A stretch of 53,309 bases of DNA, the filler included, from Dirinaria sp. TL-2023a (Eukaryota), in the NCBI GenBank assembly GCA_051941275.1. It is 2 parts of 2 records of this genome, joined end to end, with 100 filler letters (N's around TTAATTAATTAA, not from the genome) between each part and the next. Parts side by side here need not be neighbours in the genome. Positions count along the whole stretch, not along the records: positions 26,729 to 53,309 come from JAVEBF010000160.1; 1 more part is not named here. The stretch is one strand, 5' to 3'. Below are positions 46,401 through 53,309 of the stretch, piece after piece. How positions within the stretch are numbered: position 1 is the first letter of the stretch; every line of letters begins with the position of its first letter. The notes beneath the pieces are model-generated. The model was given only the letters and a program-made list of their open reading frames with translations. It made no database searches and was not told where the DNA came from. Position numbers and translations under genes: made by a program.

Positions 46401-47509
46401 GGAGAAGCAGGAGAAGGACTTGAGCGTCGAACGTCAAAGCAAAGAAGATTTTTCGTCTTTGTTGGAGCTAAGAGACATCTCTGATGAGCTCCACACTATC
46501 AAGAAGCTATTCCAGGAGCAAAGAGATGCTCTAGTAGACATGGCCGTACACTACCTAGACGCCGAGGGGACTGGTGAGAAGCAGAATGCAGAGCAGGACC
46601 GGAAGATTTTCATCCAGCGAGCAAGAGAAGCGCAGAAGCACAGCGCAAATGGACTGGATAATCTTGTGAAAGCCGAACGCAGTCTCAACTCCTTTGAGAG
46701 GAGCGTTTCGGACATGATTGAGAGCGCAGAAAACACCGAGAAGGCTGTAGGACCGCTCTCCGCCGCTTACATCGGCTTGACTAACGGTGATCTAGTACAG
46801 CAACCTCCTGGACATCAAGCAAAAGCAGGCCAGCGTGGACGAGTCCCGATTGGCCAGGGCTCAAATGGATGCCACCGCTGCACAAGGCCGAGCCATCATG
46901 GTCTTTACCCTGTTCACCATCATATTTGTACGTCTCGGGTTCCGTTCTTGATCTTGCATTATTCCGTTGACCCAATGCAGCTTCCCCTATCTTTCTTCAC
47001 ATCAGTCTTTGGCATGAACGTCCGAGAATGGAGTGATCCGAACCAGCCACCAGCGCTCCGTCGTATTGTTTATTTCATAGGTCTGTTACTCCAGCCCTCG
47101 GGTGAGCTTCGGCTCTTAAATTGACTGATTGGCAGGTCCGATCTCAGTTGGGGTCATCTTCATCGCGCTGACCTTGGCTTTCAGCATTAGCATCCGCGCC
47201 TTTGCGGTCGCGGCCCGGAAAATTGTTGTTGGCGTGTCACATGACCTCTATCACCTGATTTCTCAGCCGCTGTCTAAAGCCTCCAGGCCTGCCCATACAA
47301 TGTATGAAAGGACTCGAATACCACTCCTTCTTGATGGTATCGCAGATCGCTATCTGCGCCACAAAGACCAGGATTTCGGGAACGACCATGGGATTTGGAA
47401 TTCTTACGCTCTTCCGCAACATAAATCAGCCCGAGACGTGACCTACGGGAATGCCCGGACATCAAGCTCGAGGAGGCGTTCATTTTTTAAATATTTTGAT
47501 AAGGTTTGA
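43461..47509 (+). CDS. Alpha/beta-hydrolase (DUF676/SesB-like) fused to a CorA-like Mg2+ transporter domain, multi-exon
   Basis: ATG 43461, intron 43583-43635, VDIVAVPAVGAHPERTW ... WLTNDL ... RPIFFICHSTGGLVAKKAL ... FIATPHQG ... SDH. Then YLHWDT, RRTLDQFGY, VLMVDQLWLW, LLELRDISDELHTI, LLDIKQKQAS, AIMVFTLFTIIFLPLSFFTSVFGMN (CorA GMN motif) and a second TM helix. Confidence 0.88.
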
Positions 47510-49174
47510 TGATGAAAGACGGCAAGCATTGTCGATCAAGCTCTTTTCCGGACCCTCGCTTGGCGTTGTCGAGTTGGAGGGATTGGCCAGACACCGTTGA
47601 ACTTCAGTACGTACTGTGGAGCCTGTACTCATACAGCGATTGGTGGCCAGTAAGACGTCTCTTGCGCCTGTGAGTTTTCGTGCCGTGTTAGACGACCATT
47701 GCTACATGATGTTTGGGGGGTTTAAGATGGAGATCCTTTCTCTCAACAACCATCACATCCCTCGGTCGAGGGGAAATTCCAATCCAGCCTGGCCCTAGAA
47801 CCTTTATCGCTGCAATGCCCCGTGCCCGACGCCCTGCACGCTTACCTCAGTTGACATGCGGAACTGGAGATCAGTGGAGCTTGGTTTACGAAAGTGAAGC
47901 CGCGTATTCCCCGTTGGCGGTGTTTTGCTAGCGGTCATGAACGCTGGGACAACCTCGGAGCAGGATATACGTACCACTACCATCAAGAAGAAATGGCAGT
48001 TGGCTGCGGACAGCGGCGTTACCTCGGCCGTAGACTCATGACACAGAACCAGACCAAGCTTGACAGTGCAACTTCCAGATCAACCCAAGGTGGACGTGGG
48101 GTGAGCAGGGTACGATACCTGTATCAAGCAATGAGCCAGGTCGCACAGAATGCGTAGCACACAGCATCGCTCCATGAAATCCAAGCATCTGTCTCCAGCA
48201 CGGGGGGCATGAAGGGGAAGACGGTGCCCTGGTCTTGTATCTTACATTACTGGCCAACGTACCTTGACCCGTCACTGTCCTCTTCCTCCAAGTATGAGCC
48301 GAGGCTTTTTGATCCTCGGACTTTGACATTGTGCAGCATGCCTTCAGGGATCCACTTAAGTTCCAGCCGATGGGCAGATTCCGATGGGCAGACCGATCAT
48401 TAGGTACATCTATCCAGGTAAGGTAAATTGCCTTATGGATACCTATGTGTGGATTCCGTGCCGAGATATCTACATGTAATGTACTTAAGATATACCTTAT
48501 GCTCTTGGCCAGGTAAGGTACCTACTTTACTTACCTTATTTGTCCCTCCTGAATCTCGGAGCTAAGGGACTAATGGAAGGTAAAGTACATGTACATTACA
48601 TGTAGTGGCTCCGGAGCGGTGACACCGCAATCCACCAACGTTGCACAAGCCCCCTTGTGCCTGGTGGATCTAGTAGTGAACGAACCCCATCAAGCGGTTT
48701 GGCCGGATCAAGGAGGTCCTGTACCCATGGTAAAGTAATAATGGCGAGGGGAGTGATGTAAGATCAAGTACTTTACTTACTTTACCGTGCCTTGGGGCCG
48801 GCTGGAGGTTCGGACTGGAGTGGTACAGGGTGGAAATCAATCGTCCCATGTCCATGGCCATGTCCACTTATGTATCGAATTTTCACAAGGTAAAAGGGGA
48901 TCATTGATCACTTGCAAGCCTTGCTTGTTCCCTTTCATAAAGACCCTGCATAACAATACTTGACACAAAACGCCTGCTGTCTCACTCGGATTAAATCTGC
49001 CCTCATCGTCTTTCGTTTTCCACCCCTGCTTACCCATATGGTCGTCCGTATTTTGAGCCTTGAAAGTGTGATCATCCGGCTTCGGCCTGCTCGTTTTTAG
49101 ACGCGAGCATTCCTTGATCGCGTCGATCTTCGCTCGAAACCCCTGTGGTCCCTGATACCAACACCATCAACAAG

Positions 49175-52100
49175 ATGCTGCTCAACGCCATTTGGCTCAC
49201 AGCCGCGCTTTCGGGCGTAGGCTCAACATTGAACAGTCCAGGTAAGTCCTGCTCTCCACCATGCACGTTTTTCCATAGCTCACACTCACAAGGCGGTGCA
49301 TCAGCACCCGTCCGCCCTCTGATCGAGCGCGTTGACGTAGCCTCTGGCACCGAGCTTCGCATACTGCCTCTCGGCGACTCCATCACGGCGGGCGTCCAAA
49401 GCTCGGATGGCAATGGATATCGTATTGGCCTACAGAGAGATCTAGCTGGCAGCAAGCTGCTGTTTGTGGGAGACTCATCAAGCGGATCGATGCAGAACAA
49501 TGAGAATGCGGGTACGTACTCGTCATCTTGCCGAATTTCTCCATGATCATAGAGCTCGTCGTTGCTGTTTGGAGCAATGGGAGACACCGCAGGACGATCG
49601 GGGAGAATGCTGCTGACACCTTCCTGATAGGCTACTCGGGATATACGATCGTTCAGATCGCCAGCTCGGCAGCTCATGCCATCTCAGTCGATCATCCCAA
49701 CGTCATTCTCCTCCACGCGGGTACGAATGATATGAATCAATCTCCGCCCTCCGGTGGATCATACGCCGACGCTCCACAGCGTCTTGGCTCGTTGATTGAC
49801 CAATGCATCCGAAGTAACCCTGACGCTGCCATTCTCGTTGCTCAGATTATCAGCGCTGCCGATGCAGGCGTTGAGTCGCGCATCAACACATTCAACGACG
49901 CCATCCCGGGCGTTGTTGCCCAGCGTGCCAATTCTGGTCACCATGTCATGGTCGTCGACATGAGGTCCATCACGACCCAATATCTCTCAGATGGGCTCCA
50001 CCCTAACGACGCAGGATACCAAAAGATGGCAGATCTGTGGTTCGCCGCTATCAAATCTGCCGATGCAAAAGGATGGATCAAATCTCCTGTTGGTGCCGAC
50101 CCGGCCGGAATTAGCAAGTCCCAGCAATCACCTAACCTCCAATGCTCGCCCGGCTCCAATGTCCAGCGACAAACTTGTTCTGGAAATCCCGTCTGGTATA
50201 ACCCCTCATCAAGCGGTAAGATTGCCAGCGGAGTTGGCCACGGAGGTGACGGCGAATTCTACAACAACTGGGTGCCACAGGGGCAAGTTGCGAGTGGCAT
50301 TTCCCTTAATGGCTCCAACGTTCGCTTCGTATGTGTGCTCGCCATTTCTTTCAGTCTTAGCCTGCGCTAACTGCACTCAAAAGGCGGACCTAAATGGGGA
50401 TGGCCGTTCCGACTATTTGTGGCTCAATCACACGAACGGAGCGGTGATATTGTATCTCAACACTGGGACTGGTAATAAGATGTCTTGGGCACCCGTCAAC
50501 GGCGGAAAGCCGATCGCTTCTGGCGTTGGGCCAGGCATTGGGGTCCGCTTTGCTGACATATCGGGGTCTGGAAAAGCTGATTATCTGTATGTCCATGACA
50601 ACGGTGCCGTTTCCTTGTACCAGAACGGTGGCGCGGATCCCAATGCCCCTGGTGGTTGGCTTTGGATCGGTCCGAAGGAAATCGCGGCAGGTGTTCCGAA
50701 CGCCAACCAGGAGAATGTGTTCTTCCCGGACATCAATGGCGACGGACGTGCGGATTATGCTGTGGTAGGTAAGAAGGGCGAGATCAACTTGTGGCTCAAT
50801 ACAGGAGGTCCTTCCTCGTATGATGTGTCCTGGATCTCGGCCGGCCAAATCGCAACGGGTCTTGGCACGCCGAACATTTCGTTGGTCGATATCTCCGGAG
50901 ATGGGCGCTCTGACTACATGATTTGGGACGAGTTTGGTGGTCTCACGGGATACTTGAATGAGCGAGGCCCGAAAGAAGATGTACCAATCTGGATAGATCA
51001 AGAGCACAGCAACCCAAAATCAATTGCCACTGGAGTAAGTGATCCCCTCTTTCAATCTTTCAACGCTTCTTGATCAGTCTTGCTGATCTCTCTGCAGGTT
51101 GGTGTAGACTGGCGCCTGTGCTGGCTTTCTGATTTCAACAACGATAAGAAAGCAGACTACGCGATTGTAGATGTGCGGAACGGCGCCTTTGACCTGTATT
51201 TGAACGAAGGTCAGGCCGACACCAGTGTCACCGGAGACGGTGTCTGGCTCGTCGACATGAACAACGATGGGGTCGACGATTATGTCTGGATAGACGAGGT
51301 TGGAGCTATGATCTGCTATATCAACCGAGGGCCCAATCCAACGGCGTTTCTTGGCTGGCTGTGGACTCCGCAGAACAATGGAGGGTCGATCGCTACAGGT
51401 GTTGGAGCGAAGCGAGAGCAAATCCACCTTGCATACATCTACGGTTCGGGCAGAGCAGACTACGTGGTCATCGACGACGTTACTGGGGCGGCGCATGTAT
51501 GGCAGAACGGTGGCGCACAGAGCTCAGGCTGGCTGTGGACACCCAAAGGGGAGATCGCTACAGGACTTGGTCCCGGCGCAGGGGTTCGTTTCGCAGACAT
51601 TGGCATGTTTCCCTCCTCGATCACTGCAGATACATGCCACTAATGTGATTTGATAGATGGGGATGGCCGAGATGATTACATCTGGCTTGATGAGAAAGGA
51701 GCTGCGCTTATATATATCAATGAGGTAAGTCCTTATTCGACTTTGGCTGCAGCTTGTCTTTCAGTCTTACCGAACGTCCACTGTAATTGGGGCTCAGAAT
51801 CTTCACGTACATTCTGGTGATGCATTTGAGCGATGTGCGCCTTTGGCCCTCCATTAGCTTTGATTTCCAATTTCTACAGTTGATATCAGCTAATCGATGG
51901 CAGGTCGGAATCAATCCCGCCAACTGGGTTGCAATGAATGGCGGAAAACCAGTCGCTACCGGGGTTGGTGCACACCGAGACGAGATTCGCTTCGTAAGTT
52001 TGATGCTTGTGCTTTAGAATCAATTATTCCTAACGTGAATTCCAGGCCGATATTAATGGGTGAGATCCGGTGGCTTATTAAGACCACAACCCGTCTGACG

Positions 52101-53309
52101 TATCATCACAGTGATGGCCGCGCAGATTACATATGGGTGCACCCATTAGATGGTTCTATCGATACATGGCGCAATTATCACGTCGACACTGGTGTTGGCA
52201 TTAATTGGGTGCCATACAGCCAAAAGATTGCAACCGGGGTTGGTTACGCAGGAGCGAACGTCAAATTCGCCTACCTTAACCACCCACGCACTGGTCGCGC
52301 CGATGTAAGTGTTCTCCATTCTCACTTCTGGGCCCGGTCGATACACGAGAAAGATTTTTCTCGAATAGGGTATATGTCGAGAAATCGCATTTCATGTTGA
52401 GCTGCTCGATCCATAGAGGTCCACTATGCGAGATGAGAGCAGTTCTATCAAACAACATACCTTCTAATACATACCTTTAATGCAACTGCTTTGGCATATG
52501 CTGACGTATAACAGTATGTCGCTGTCGATCCTCCAACTGGAGCTCTCCATGTATGGCTCAATGACTGCAACGATCTAGGTAAATCTAGCCCTCCCAGTAA
52601 TGGCAACGGAGGAGACTGTGGAGCAGGTCCAAGCTTAAGCTTGAGCCCATCCAGTGGTGGCCCCAGCCCCCCACAGCCCAGTGGCTCCTCCGGTGGCCCG
52701 AGTCCAGCACAACCCAGTGGCTCTCCCGGAACGCCTACCAACGGTCCATCAAGTGGAAGTGCCCCCGGATCCCCGGTCGTCGAGAGTTCCATTCCTGGTA
52801 TCACTGTGCCCGGCGTTGTTACTATCGGCAACCCAACCATTGCACCAGGAGCAACTCCTACTTCCTCCGGTATCGCAGGGCTTCAACCGCTCGCATCACA
52901 AGTCGCAGAACTTTACGCAAGTGCTGAGTCTGCTATTGCTGCTCTTGCGAGCGAAACATCTCCCAGCACCAGTGACGTGTCATCGGCTGAGCAGGTACTG
53001 GCAGCACTCTACGAAGAGATTCAAATACTGCTAGCCAGTGCACTGCAGACCCCCCTCTCGTCAGTCTCAGGCGGCGACGTACAATTACTGCAAAACCTTC
53101 AGGGTCGACTTCCAGCAATACTCTCTCAAATCGGCTCGATTATTACTCAGCTTGGCCCCAGCACCCGTAGTACCCCAGACCTAGCTGCGATTCGCGGAGC
53201 TGCCGGTCAACTTGATTCCAACGGCGCCATAGGACAAGCGATCGGTTCGGTAATCGAGCCTGTTGCTTCACATCCAGGTGGCTCAAGGTCTGGCAGTTCT
53301 GGTGGAGGC
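49175..53309 (+). CDS. Secreted SGNH/GDSL esterase (CE3-like) with FG-GAP/VCBS-like repeats, Ser/Gly/Pro linker and further helical region; 3' end beyond the window
   Basis: Signal peptide MLLNAIWLTAALSGVGS; RILPLGDSITAG, LLHAGTND and DGLHPNDAGY (SGNH blocks); repeated (A)DLNGDGRSDY / DINGDGRADY / IATGVG units; final frame open from ~52514 to the window end. Confidence 0.9.

Noticed and set aside
47600..48200. Short overlapping ORFs with coding-like GC content
   Set aside because: No motif or coherent exon chain; cannot support a call.

Overview
Eukaryotic DNA from a filamentous ascomycete (Pezizomycotina): short GT-AG introns with CTRAC/CTGAT branch points, so the ORF track mostly shows exon fragments. 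About 18 protein-coding loci can be reconstructed. The left part holds an OST-alpha/TMEM184 transporter, a frameshifted Zn2Cys6 transcription factor, a candidate structured ncRNA (~5345-5620), several small orphan, secreted or membrane genes, a large sacsin/NO VEIN-like GHKL ATPase with a C-terminal DUF3883-like PD-(D/E)xK nuclease, an F-box-like relic and a bacterial-like NTF2/SnoaL gene. An artificial 100-nt scaffold spacer (44 N + TTAATTAATTAA + 44 N) at 26629-26728 splits the window. To its right is a compact five-gene putative organosulfur-scavenging cluster (UNC-93-like MFS, DszA/NtaA-type luciferase-like monooxygenase, FMO, SEO1/Liz1-like MFS, TauD/JLP1 dioxygenase) whose promoters share recurring CYS-3/MetR-like bZIP 10-mers. 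It is followed by RPS27, an LRR protein, an alpha/beta-hydrolase-CorA fusion with a 9-nt micro-exon, and a secreted SGNH esterase/FG-GAP repeat protein that runs off the window end. No tRNA, rRNA, CRISPR array or intact transposon was recognised. All family calls come from motif recognition by eye, not database searches.
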